Source: Octopus sinensis | Lineage: Eukaryota | Direction of reading: 5' to 3' | DNA length: 64,000 nt | Assembly: GCF_006345805.1 (NCBI RefSeq) | Contig: NC_043001.1 | Location: 121,458,001-121,522,000, forward strand | In this document: positions 39,868 to 52,399 of the stretch, in pieces | Numbering within the stretch: position 1 is the first letter of the stretch | Layout: every line of letters begins with the position of its first letter | Program-made: the position numbers and the translations under genes | Notes under the pieces: model-generated | The model's database searches: none | The model's input: the letters and a program-made list of their open reading frames with translations, nothing else | Told to the model about the DNA's origin: nothing

Positions 39868-42800
39868 ATGGAAAATTTACCGCATCCAAAAGACCTAGAG
39901 TTTAATCAGGAAAATCTAGCCGCAGCATGGAAAAAGTGGAAAAAAGAATTCAATCTCTTTTTGATAGCAACAGAAAGTGACATGAAGCCAGACAAAGTAA
40001 AAACTTCAATGTTTTTAACTTGCATCGGTTCCAAAGGCCGAGATATCCATTCCACTCTGGATTTCGATTCACCCGACGAAGAAATGAACCTTCAGACAGT
40101 AATCGAAAAATTCGATGCATATTGTGAACCCAGGAAAAACATAACTTTCCTAAGACACAAATTCTTCACATGTGGACAAGCGGAACATCAAAAATTGATG
40201 AGTACGTAGTAGAGTTGCGCCAAAAGGCACAACAGTGCGAATTCGGCAACCTCACAGACAGTCTCACCAAAGATATTCTGATATGTGGAATCAGAGACAT
40301 GAGATTAAGAGAAAGATTATTGAGAGAACCAAATTTAGACCTACAAAAAACAATTCAAGCAGGTCAGAGTGCAGAGCAAACACGACTCCAATCAAGGATG
40401 CTAAATGCCACATCCGAAACAAGAGATAACGAAATCTCGAGGGTATATAGTCAACACGACAGAAAAGGCGCCAAAACTCAAATAACCCGCCATATGCAAT
40501 CCAGACATCAAAACGAACAAGGCGGAAGTGACAGAAAGCCCGCGAAGTTTCAAGCGCCAAGTCAACACTACGTCACTAACTGTCACTATTGTGGTTATAA
40601 TCACAAAAGAAATAAATGCCCAGCATTTCACAAGACATGTGAAAAATGCAAGAAACAAGGACACTATGCAAAAATGTGCAAATCAAGAAAATTTGTACAT
40701 AAAGTAGAGATACATACCGACGATGAATCAGATGACGATACACATGCACTCGAAATGATCACTGCAAATAATTCCCGCGTGCACAAAATCGAAAAGTTCA
40801 AGACTCCAAAAGACATTTGGACGGTCGAACTAAAAGTGAACAACTCGAATGTAACATTCAAAATAGATACAGGAGCAGACGTAACCGTACTGCCATTCAG
40901 AGAATATAGAAATATAATTCCAAAACCACAACTGCAAAAAACCTCAACTCGATTATCAGCTTATAATAACACAGCTATAAAAGTGCTAGGAAAATGCACA
41001 GCAGTCATTAAATACAAAGAATTATCAAAGCAAATAAAATTCATTGTTGCAAAAACAAACTCGCACGCAGTTATAGATGCAAAGACAGCTAAAGATCTGA
41101 ACCTGATTCAGAGAATTTCAAAAATAAATTCGTCGAACACAAACGACATATTAGAAAAATATGAAGACTGTTTCGGAGAAATCGGCACTTTGTCAATAAC
41201 ACATCATATCACAGTGGATCCACAAATAACTCCTGTAATTCATCCACCAAGATCGGTTCCTTTTTCTATAAAAGAAAAACTCAACAAAGAATTAAAAAGA
41301 ATGACAGAATTAGATATCATAAAACCTGTTAGTGAACCTACAGACTGGGTAAATTCCCTAGTCATCGTTGAAAAAGCCAACGGAAAACTCCGACTCTGTT
41401 TAGACCCCAAGAATCTAAACAAAGCCATAAAAAGGCAACATTTCAAACTCCCTACAGCGGAGGACATTTTTGCACAAATGCATAACCCTAAATATTTTTC
41501 AAAACTCGATGCATCTAATGGATACTGGCAAATTCCAGTTGACGAAGAAAGCTCCCATCTTTTAACGTTCAACACACCTTTTGGAAGGTATCGCTTCACA
41601 CGACTACCCTTTGGAATTCACAGCGCCAGTGAAGTTTTCCAAAAAGAAATTTCAAAAATAATAGAGGGCATAGAAGGAGCAAGAAATTCACAGGATGACA
41701 TCATAATCTGGTCCAACACTTTAGAAGAACACACAAATAGACTACAACAAGTTTTCGATCGAATCCGAAAGCACGGATTAAAGTTAAATAAATCAAAGTG
41801 TATCTTCTATGAATCACAAATCAAGTACCTTGGGCATATATTAACCAGCGAAGGGATAAAACAAGATCCAACCAAGTACAAGCAATCATTCACATGCCAC
41901 TGCCAACAAGTAAAAAAGAATTACAAAGATTCCTAGGTATGACAAATTACTTATGTAAATTTTTATCTAATTACTCCGAAGTCACAGCACCATTGCGCCA
42001 GCTTCTACAGAGTGACACGTTATGGTCATTCGACAAACCACAAATCGAAGCAATAAAAAAGCTAAAAGAAATGATTACCAGAAAACCAGTGCTACAATTT
42101 TATAATCCAGATCTACCAATAAAAATAACTACAGATGCTAGTAAGCATGGGCTCGGAGCGATACTTGAGCAGAAACACAACGAAAGATGGCTACCTGTTT
42201 CGTTTGCATCTCGTGCAACAACTCAAGCGGAACAAAACTACTGTCCGATAGAGAGCGAAGCTCTCAGTATAGTTTTCGCATGCAAGAAATTTCATCAGTT
42301 TATATACGGAACTCATTTCAGAATCGAAAATGACCATAAACCGTTGAAGCAAATATTCAAAAAATCGATCACTAAATGCCCCCCCAGAATCCAAAGATTT
42401 CTACTAACATTACAAAGATATGATTTTGACCTAAACCACATACCTGGTAAAGAATCAATTGTTGCAGATACCCTATCACGTGCATACCTTGAGCAAAATA
42501 CTCCAGAAGTATCAGACGAAGATATGAAATCGCACATTCATGCAGTAATAAAAAATTACCCCATAACCGACACTAAATTAAAAGAGTATAAAGAAGCCAC
42601 TGCAGACGACCCGTCTCTACAGACACTCGTCACATTTACAAGAACAGAATGGCCCCCAAAAGACAAAATACCAATAAACATCAAACCATTCGTATCTGTT
42701 CGTGATGAAATATCAATCGTCAATGGTCTCGTTCTAAAAGGTTCAAGAATAATTGTACCTAAGTCATTACGTAGAGAAGCTCTACAGGAAATACATACCG

Positions 42801-43810
42801 GACACATGGGTATCGAAAAATGCATAGAGAGAGCGAAGGAATGTATATACTGGCCCGGCATTAACGCTCAAATCAAAGACATGATTAACACATGCTCATA
42901 CTGCATTGACTACAAAAATCAACAAGCAGCCGAACCACTAATAAATCATGAAATACCTACTACACCATGGACCAAAGTGGGTACAGACGTATTTCACCTG
43001 TCTGGAAATTCGCATGTCACAATTATTGACTATACAACAAGATTTTTTGATCTACACGAAATAAAAGATTGCCAGTCAAAAACCGTAATCAAAAAATTAA
43101 AAGAAACTTTTGCTAAATTCGGAATTCCGCAAACAGTTGTAAGTGACAACGGTCCAGAATTCAATTCGGCTGAATTCAAAAAATTTGCAAAAAATTGGCA
43201 TTTTCATCACACGAAGACAAGCCCGCATTATCATCAAGCGAATGGCATGGTTGAGAGAAATATACAGACAATAAAAAAGACGCTAAAAAAGGCATTCAAA
43301 AGTGACGAAGAACCTCAGTTAGCGCTCTTAGCATTACGCACAACTAAATTACAAAATGGTGCACCATCCCCTGCAAATCAAATAATGAATAGAACATTGC
43401 GAACAAATCTCCCAAACATATTACACGACAAAATTGGTATCAGGCCTCACGAAAAGAAGAAATCAAACATTACAACAGAACTCCCAGAGTTAAAACCACA
43501 CGACACGGTTAGAATTAAGTTTAACAACATTTGGTTTAGAAGGGGCAAAATAATTAAAAAACTAGAGCAACCTCGTTCATACTTAGTAATAACAGAGGAA
43601 GGTAATACAGTCAAACGAAATAGACAACATATTCTTAAAACAAACGAACACGTTCGCATAACAGAAGAATTAGATTATGAAAATATATTTCCAAAGTCAA
43701 CAAACACGCATGAAAAAACAAAAACAGCACAACTACAGAATTCAACACTACAAAATAATAAAACCACAAAAAGTGGACGACAAATAATTATTCCCTGTAG
43801 ATACAGATGA
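39868..43810 (+). CDS. Gag-Pol polyprotein interrupted by two single-base frameshifts
   Basis: Tandem zinc-knuckle region CHYCGYNH..CPAFHKTCEKCKKQGHYAKMC, protease IDTGAD, RT LDASNGYWQI and SQDDII, RNase H TDASKHGLG, integrase HHCC plus D,D,E (GTDVF, SDNGPEF, MVERN). Confidence 0.93.
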
Positions 43811-43851
43811 TATAAAAAAAAATAAAAATAAAAAAATAAAAAAAAGGAAGA

Positions 43852-44089
43852 TGTTATATAATCATCACAACAAACATGAACAATCAACGTCGCCCATTGT
43901 CTCCCTTGATAAAAGGACTTTCACTTTGTTTCCCGCCAAAACAATTAACTTGTACAATAACGGCAGTCGAATAAAGTATCTTGTATCGTTAACACGTTGT
44001 TTCAGTCTCTCTCATTTTCTTAATCTTTCATACTAAGTACTCACTACTTCCTTTAATACTCAATACATTATATATATATAACAACAACA
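43852..44089 (+). repeat. 3' LTR
   Basis: Identical to the 5' LTR; preceded by aaaaaaggaaga. Confidence 0.97.
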
Positions 44090-44443
44090 GAGGGCTGCAC
44101 CAGGCACTAACTGTTTGATATAGCTTAGCTTCTATAGCTAGATGCCTTTCAAAACACCAACCAGTGTGGACTGAGTGGGTGCTTTAATGAAACACCAGCA
44201 CTGGTGCTTTGTGTGTGTGCGTATGCATGGCAGGCTTCTTTCAGTTTCTCTCTTCAAATCCACTAATAGGCACAGAAGTGGCTGTGTGGTAAGTAGGTTG
44301 CTTACCAACTACATGGTTCCGGGTTCATTCCCACTGCATGGCACCTTGGGCAAGTGTCTTCTACTATAGCCTCAGGCCGGCCAAAGCCTTGAGTGGATTT
44401 GGTAGACGGAAACTGAAAGAAGTCTGTTGTATATATGTATATG

Positions 44444-44485
<42 letters not shown>

Positions 44486-45388
44486 TTTATGTGTTTGTGT
44501 TTGTCCCCCCAACATCGCCTGACAACTGATGGTGGTGTGTTTACGCCCCGGTAAATTAGCGGTTCGGCAAAAGATACCAATAGAATAAGTACAAGGCTTA
44601 CAAAGAATAAGTCTTGTGGTCGATTGGTTGATTTGCTCGACTAAAGGCAGTGCTCCAGCATGGCCAAAGTCAAATGACTGAAACAAGTAAAAAAGTAAAA
44701 GGAGAGAGTAAAGAGTAAGGCTTTGGTCAGTTTGTGGCCATAGAAGAAAACACTTGACCGCAGTGTCACACAATGGGACTGAAGGTCAAACGGCTGGGAA
44801 GCAAGCTTCTTCACCACAGAGCCACACCTACACCTATCTATTTTTTTTTTCTTTTTATGAGATTCAAGTGTAATGCTATCCACTGATTTTTTCCTGAGCA
44901 TTGTATTAAATTTCACATATTACACACATGTAAATATAGAAGGTAACATTCCTAGGATACCGCTATGGAAGAATAATGCAGGGGAAGGGAGTGAACTTCT
45001 GATTTCTCATTTCTAGTACTTCAAAGTGTCAAGCTCACATCCTCCCATTATCAGCACTGATTGCAGAAAGCATCAATCATGGCATTTAACAGAAAGTCTA
45101 CCACTAGTTTCAAGAAAAAAAAAAAAAAGAATAGTGAATAACAGAAAACACAATCCTATAATATAAATAATAGGTATACTCTTTTACTTGTTTCAGTCAT
45201 TTGACTGCGGCCATGCTGGAGCACCGCCTTTAGTCGAGCAAATCGACCCCAGGACTTATTCTTTGTAAACCCTATACTTATTCTATCGGTCTCTTTTGCC
45301 GAACTGCTAAGTTACGGGGACGTAAACACACCAGCATCGGTTTGTCAAGCGATGTTGGGGGGACAAACACAGACACACAAACATATAC

Positions 45389-45424
<36 letters not shown>

Positions 45425-45801
45425 CTCCCTCTCCCTCTTTCAGAGAGGCACTGAGCAGCTATACGCACACATACACACACGGCAGTAACTTCTACCTACC
45501 GAATTCAATCACAAAGCTCCGGTCGTCTCGGGACTTTAGTGAAAGACACCTACCCAAAGTGCCATGCAGTGGGACTGAACCCGAAACCATATAGCTAGGA
45601 AGCAAGCTCCCTAACCACACAGCCATGCCCGCGCCTACATATATATATATATACGACAGGCTTCTTTCAGTTTCCGTCTACCAAATCCACTCACAAGGCT
45701 TTAGTCGGCCCGAGGCTACAGTGGAAGACACTTGCTCTAGTACTAATTCTATCGGTCTCTTTTGCCGAACTGCTAGGTTATATGTCCAATGCACATCACA
45801 T

Positions 45802-46270
45802 ACATGGTCTGATCAAAAAGTATCAGAGCTGTTGCTATGGTGAAGCCAATTGACATAAATTGACCTTGAACTCTGTTATGCAGACAAAGTTATAATGTTC
45901 TCACTCACTTCTGTTGTTTATAGCAGTGCTTGGAAGTGAAATGTGTAGAGTCTTGTTGCCTTAAAAAGATTAGGTTTCAGGTGCACAGGATGTTCTTGAT
46001 TGTGTCAAAGATGATGCAAACTTTTTGAAAGCGATCATAACAGGTGACAAATCATGTGTCTATGGCTGTGACTCTGAAATCAAGGCAAAGAGCAAATCCC
46101 ATTCGAAAGGAGCAAAATTTCAAGACATCAAAGAAATCCAAGAGAATGAGATGAGGTAGCTGGCCCCTGTCCCCGCAAAAAGAGTTCTGGGAATGCTTGC
46201 ATCAATGGAAATGATGCTGGATAAAGTGTGTGACTTGAGAATGGGACTACTTCAAAGGAAATTAAATGCG
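45802..46270 (+). mobile_element. Internally deleted, decayed mariner remnant
   Basis: FLKAIITGDKSCVYG (equivalent to ITGDESW) fused to the C-terminal KGAKFQDIKEIQEN...WDKCV..GDYFKG. Confidence 0.65.
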
Positions 46271-46836
46271 AAATTGATATGTGTCATCATCATCATTTAA
46301 CGTCTGCTTTCCATGCTATCAAGGGTTGGATGATTTGACTGAGGACTGGTGAACCAGATGGCTGCACCAGGCTCCAATCCGATCTGGCACTGTTTCTACA
46401 GCTGGATACCCTTCCTAACACCAACCACTCTGAGAGTGTAGTGGGTGCTTTTACCATGCCACCGGCACGAGGGCCGGTGAGGCAGTACTGGCAACGGCCA
46501 TGCTTAAATGGTGTTTTTTACATGCCACCTGCACAGGAGCCAGTCCAGCGGCACTGGCAATGACCTCGCTCAAATGTTTTGTTCACGTTCCACCGGCACA
46601 AATGCTAGTAAGGCAACATTGGTAACGATCACGCCTGAATTGTGTTTATTACGTGCCACCCGCACGGAAGACAGTCAATGATCACGCTCAGATGGTGCTC
46701 TTAGCGTTCCACTAGCACAGATGCCAGTCATCGAATTTGATTTTTCTTTTTACAGTACTAGTTCCGATACTTTTTGATTAGACCTCATAAGAAGCTATCA
46801 TACCTCTAATTACAAGACATAAGTGATATTTCTTAC

Positions 46837-46949
46837 CTTGGCCAATTTAAAGTGAGGTGAGGAAAGATCACTGACTTTGAAGTACTCCTTAATGAATTCA
46901 GCAATGATTGGATTTAAAACTGTTTTCTCATCAAAAGCACTGGCTACAG
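46837..46949 (-). CDS. FLAD1: FAD synthase exon 4 (AVASAFDEKTVLNPIIAEFIKEYFKVSDLSSPHFKLAK)
   Basis: AVA.AF motif following HDDITFE; tttcag and GTAAGA; phase 1 to 0. Confidence 0.94.
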
Positions 46950-47438
46950 CTGAAAGTAGAAACAAAAAAAGATAATGAAAAGCATCTTTTTTAAAGATAA
47001 GGCTGAAAGTCATACAATAACTAACAAAAGACAACTTAACAAATGATGAACAGGAAGAGATGAAATGGTAAGAAGGACCTCAATTGCGTTAAAACCCAGA
47101 AGAACATAGAAGCATTTTAGTTTAGTCATGATTTAGTATTAAGGACAAGACTATCTCTTTTAGTAATACTTTTATCATGCTACTCAGGAGTGCAGTCTAC
47201 AGCAGTATCCTATTTTAGTGTCCTGTCTACCGCAGTTTCTTGTCTATGCTGTGAAATTACTATTAGCATGTGATCTGCCTTTTCTTACACTCCTAATCTG
47301 AGTTAATTTTAACCATTACAATGCTGTTAAAAAATTTCTATAGACATGCAATTTTTACAGAGGAAACAGCAGTTGCATTTTTACAACAAAACAATCTTCA
47401 ATTATTCAATTTGTTTTTTTTTTTTTCATCCTATAGTA

Positions 47439-48005
47439 TTGGGTTGTCCGGAAAGTTCGTGCCGATTTATAGCAGCTTACCTTTCGACTTATTTTAGAAC
47501 ATGGTTGTGTCCATAAAATAGGATTTGACTACACCTCCATTTAGAGCACAGTTTAAGCTATCTTTTCGTGGAAGAAGATTTATGTTTCTATAACCTGTGT
47601 TAATTCTGTAACCCTTTAAAATGGAAAATAAGAAAGTTCATTTTCTGCACTTGATGCTTTGGGAACCAGACAAAAATTGCTGCAGCTTGGCTGGGATGTG
47701 TTACCACACCCTCTATATTCACCAGATATTGCTCCTTCGGATTTCCACTTATTCAGGTCTCTGCAGAATAGTCTTAATGGTAAAAATTTCAATTCCTTGG
47801 ATGACGTAAAAAGATACCTTGATGAATTCTTTGACATGAAACCACCTCAATTCTGGGAAGAGGGTATTTTTCAAGTTAAAGAAAAGATGGAAACGCATTG
47901 TGCAATATAATGGTTCATATTTGGTTGATTAAAAATCTAATGGCAAGTATTTATTGACCTTTTCCTTTCCTTTAAAAATTGGCACAAACTTTCCGGACAA
48001 CCCAA
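47439..48005 (+). mobile_element. Non-autonomous mariner (internal deletion) with both TIRs and TA TSD
   Basis: ttgggttgtccggaaagttcgtgcc ... ggcacaaactttccggacaacccaa; MENKKVHF fused to GWDVLPHPLYSPDIAPSDFHLF. Confidence 0.92.
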
Positions 48006-49743
48006 TATAAAGTTCTTATAGTGGAGGTAGATCGCATGCTAAAGTAAAAAAGAGTAAGAAAAGGTAGACCGCACGCTAGAAATAATTTCACAGCATAGAC
48101 AGGATACTGCAATAGACCGCATGCTAAAGTAGAATGCTGTGGTAGCCCGCACGCTAAAGTAGCACCTTTACCATTTATCTTTTACTCATTTCAGGTATTG
48201 AACTGTGGTCATGCTGGGGCACTGCTTTGATGCATTGAGCCAAACAAATCAACCCTGGTACTTATTTTAATAAATCTCATACGTACTATATTGGCTGCTT
48301 TGGATGAGCTGCTAAGTTATGTGGACATAAACAAACCAGCACCAATTCTTAGGTAGCAGAAGGGGACAAACATACATACACACACATGCATCATCATCAT
48401 CATCATTATTATTTAATGTCCTTTCTACCATGCAGGCATAGGTTGCACAGTTTGACATGAACAGAAAAGCCAGAGGGCTCGGCCAGGACCTATGTCAGCT
48501 TTGGCAGCTGGACGCCCTTCCTAACACCAACCACTTAACAGAGTGCACTGGGTGCTTTTCACATAACACTAGTACCAGTGAGTACCCACAAGATAAGACC
48601 CCTCTTCTGAGCAAGTATAAACCAGAGGAATAAGAAACTATGATAGAGGGAAGGGAGCAAGTGTCTTGCTGAAGAGGTGAATATACAGCTTGCTCACCTG
48701 GAAAGTGAGAAAGTGCAAGTGTGTGTGTACACAATAGGGTTCCACAGTTAATGTTCACCAAATTCATTCACACGGCATTGGTTGGTCCAGGGCTATGATA
48801 GAAGAAACTTGCCCAAGGACCTGTACAGTGGGATTGAACTCAAAACTAAATGGTAACCAAACGAGCTTCCTAACCACATAACCAGCTCCAGCCACATTTC
48901 TAATATGATGTTAATGATGATGGTAGTGATGGTGGAGGTAGGATAGAGGTGGTGTGGTGGGGTGAAGGTGGTGTGCTGGTGGTGCAGGTGGCGACAGTGG
49001 TAGTGGCAGTAACACTATAATGTTAATAATCTTCTTACTATAATAATACTCTTGTGTTTTTCTCCGTCACAACATATGAACGAGAAAGGAAGGGGTGATA
49101 GATGAATAAAGAAGGGAGGGGGAATTTGTGGTCCTCTTCCAAAAGGGAGGGAGGGACATTGGGGGGGCTTTGTTAAGAAGCTTAAAAAGAAGAGCCGAAG
49201 GGAGGGGATTCTGTCCTGCACGGAGGACCCTGACTGGCCTTCGCAGGTGGCTGCGAAGGTCATGGGGGAGACCGACCTGTTCAGGATAATGGACTCCTTC
49301 CCCGAGGATACCTTCAGATTCATGCTAAATTGGCCCAACTTGGCACCATCCAGGTGTTTAACTGAGGCGAGAAGTCTGGTCGGGCAGGAAGATTTGTAAC
49401 TAATTAAAGTAAGAGGCTTGGTGCCTCATTTGTATTGTTTCATTGATTTTTATAATTGACTTGTGTAAGAGGTTTATTGCCTCACAATGGCTTTTTGTGT
49501 TGTAAATGTAAGAGGTTTATTGCCTCAAATATGGTATTATAAAGAACAATGTGCTTGGGTAAGCAGTAATCAGCAAGCATTGCTTGTTGCCCTCATTATT
49601 ATCATATCATTTATCATTTCATTTCATTATGTCTTTGTCCAGCCCACAGCTTCCTTTCTTTGTAAGGCTTTTATGGCTAATCTAATGAATAAAAGAAGGA
49701 AGGGGGGTGAACTGGTAGTGGGAGCATTTTAAATCTGTGTGAG

Positions 49744-49774
<31 letters not shown>

Positions 49775-50160
49775 ATGTAAAAGGGAGGTATGTAAATGTT
49801 TGTGTGTGCAATGGAAGTGGGATGGTGAACATTCAACACTGAGAAAAAAAATCAGACAGCGTTTCAACTCTGTGTGAGTATATGTGTGCATGAACAAGGG
49901 AAGTATGTGAATGTTTGTATCTGTGAACCAGCGTTCTTTCAGTAACAAACGATGATTGATGTCACATCTCAAAAGACAACCACTAGATAATATTGACAAG
50001 TGTATTAATTTGATTTACTATCCATATTTATATATAAAATACTACAATTTATATATAAAATACTTTTATATATAAAATACTACAATTAGCTGTCATTTTT
50101 GACAGCAAAGGGCCAGCTAGTGATGGTATAAATTACAAGGAAATAGAACTAAGTGCTTAC

Positions 50161-50284
50161 CTTCAAATGTAATGTCGTCGTGTGTTGGACCCACACCTCC
50201 TGAGGTAATGACATAGGTAAAGCGGCTAGAAAACTCCTTCACTTCCTGCACAATTTCACTGATAGTGTCACCAATAACTGATAT
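50161..50284 (-). CDS. FLAD1: FAD synthase exon 3 (ISVIGDTISEIVQEVKEFSSRFTYVITSGGVGPTHDDITFE)
   Basis: GGVGPTHDD MPTb/CinA motif; tttcag and GTAAG; phase 0 to 1. Confidence 0.96.
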
Positions 50285-51577
50285 CTGAAATATGAACATT
50301 ACTGTCTGTTTAGATGATTTACCAAGCAGCAGTGAAGTAAATTATGCTCACAAAACACATGTACTGAGATGGCTACATCATCATCATCATCGTTTAACAT
50401 CCGTTTTCCATGCTAGCATGGGTTGGATGGTTCAACCAGGGTCTGGGAAGCCAGGAAGCTGCACCAGGCTCCAGTCTGATCTGGCAGTGTTTCTACAGCT
50501 GGATGCCCTTCCTAACGCCAACCACTCCGTGAGTGTAGTGGGTGCTTTTTACATGCCACCGGCACAGGTGCCAGGCGAGGCTGGCAACGGCCACGATCGG
50601 TTGGTGCTTTTTACGTGCCACCAGCATGGAAGCCAGTCAAGGTGGCACTGGCATCAGCCACGTTCGGATGGTGCATTTTACATGCCACCAGCACAGGTAC
50701 CACCGGCACAGGTATCACAACTACAATTTCCATTTGAAATTTTGATGTTGATATACTTGACTCAATAGGTCTCCTGTAGTTAAGAAGTTTGTTTCACAGC
50801 TATATGGTATCAGGTTCAGTCCCAGCTTGTGGCACCTTGAGCAAGTGTCTTATACTATAGTTCCAGGCTGACTGAAGCTTTGTGAGTGGATTCAGGAGAT
50901 GGAAACTGAAAGAAGCTTATCTATCATGTATATGTGTATGTTGATATGTGCACATGTTTGCATGTTTTTCTGTGTATGTGTGTGTATACGTGTGCTGGAG
51001 TGTGTGTGCGTGTGTATTTGTATGTTTTTGCTTTGGTGTCACATGGTAGTTATCACCATCATACAAACACCTGATATAAATAGTGTCCTTTCTTTCCAAT
51101 CCTACCAGGAAACATGTCTGGCCATGCAGGTTGGCAACTGGAAGAGCATCCAGCCAGAGAAAATCTTCCCCAACAAATTCCATTTGGCATATGCAAGTAT
51201 GGAAAAGTGAATGCTGAAACGATGACGATGACGATGATGACAATGATGACAAAAGGGCCACACAGAGAGGGACTGAACTCAAAACCTGAAGGTGGTGACA
51301 AGAATTATTAACCACACGACCATGCCTGTACCTTTTAAGAAATCATTCCTTTTAGGATGGTGGAATCACACCAGCAAAAAATGCTTTGCAGCATTTCGTA
51401 TGTCTTTACATCCTGAGTTCAAATTCCACCAAGGTCGACTTTACCTTTCATCTTTCAGGGTCAATAAATTAATTACCAGTCAAGCACTGGAGTCGATGCA
51501 TTGACTTGCTCTTTCCCCCAAAATTGCCGGCCCTGTGCCAAAATTTGAAATTGCTGTTGTTGTTGTTATTGTTATTA

Positions 51578-51614
<37 letters not shown>

Positions 51615-51629
51615 GGCAGTGAGCTGGAA

Positions 51630-52284
51630 CCGCCTCTGGTTCTGTAGTACAAATATCTTGTTTTCAAAAGTTCTGAATTAAAATCTTCCACCTAACCTTA
51701 GTCACAATTTAAGTTCCTAACACCAGCTGAATGATAACTAAGTTATTTTGCTAAATTCTTTGTTTTATTTAAAATTAATTGAAACACAGAGCATCTCAAC
51801 AGAAATACAATAACGAAAGGGTTAACAAATAATCAATTTAACCCTTTTGCTACCAACCCGGCTGAAACCGCTTCTGGCTCTGTGGTATAAATGTCTTGTT
51901 TCCATAAGTTTTGAAAGAAAATCTTCCACCAGACCTTACTCACAATTTATGTTTCTAACACTAGCTGAATGATAACTAAGTTATTTTACTAAATTCTTTG
52001 TTATACTTAAAATTAATTGAAAGAAACACAGAGCATCTCAAAATAGATATGGCAACAAAAGGGTTAACAAATGATAAATTTAACCCTTTCAATACCAACC
52101 TGACTAAAACTGCCTCCTGCTCTGTAATATTCATAAGTTTTCATAAATTTTGAATTAAAATCTTCCACCAAACCTTAGTCAAAATTGATGTTCCTATGTT
52201 ATTTACTAAATTCTTTGTTATATTTCAAATTAATTGAAAGAAACACAGAGCATCTCAAAATAGATACGATAACAGAAGGGTTAA
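51630..52284 (+). mobile_element. Three tandem TTAA-flanked, CCCTT-ended MITE copies (piggyBac-like ends)
   Basis: ttaacccttt...aaagggttaa units at 51838-52067 and 52080-52284 plus a 5'-truncated unit ending at 51825. Confidence 0.8.
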
Positions 52285-52304
52285 TAGTTTCATATGATGA
52301 GTAC

Positions 52305-52399
52305 CTTTTTCACTTTCACACCCAATGTAAAGAGCTGCTTGGTAAGGAAATGTGAATTAGTATCAGCAGTTTGACCTTTCAGGATTTCATCACCAATAA
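52305..52399 (-). CDS. FLAD1: FAD synthase exon 2 (IIGDEILKGQTADTNSHFLTKQLFTLGVKVKK)
   Basis: GDEILKG..DTN motif; ttgcag and GTACTC; phase 1 to 0. Confidence 0.96.

Larger units (their letters stand above)
39552..44089 (+). mobile_element. Full-length Ty3/Gypsy (Mag-like) LTR retrotransposon
   Basis: Identical 238-bp TG...CA LTRs, GAGGG TSD (39547-39551 and 44090-44094), PBS TGGTGTCAGAA, purine tract before the 3' LTR, gag-pol ORFs. Confidence 0.98.

Noticed and set aside
46440-46720. Repeat-spacer-like array of ttttacgtgccacc units resembling CRISPR
   Set aside because: The spacers are mutually homologous minisatellite units of a eukaryotic repeat; no cas genes
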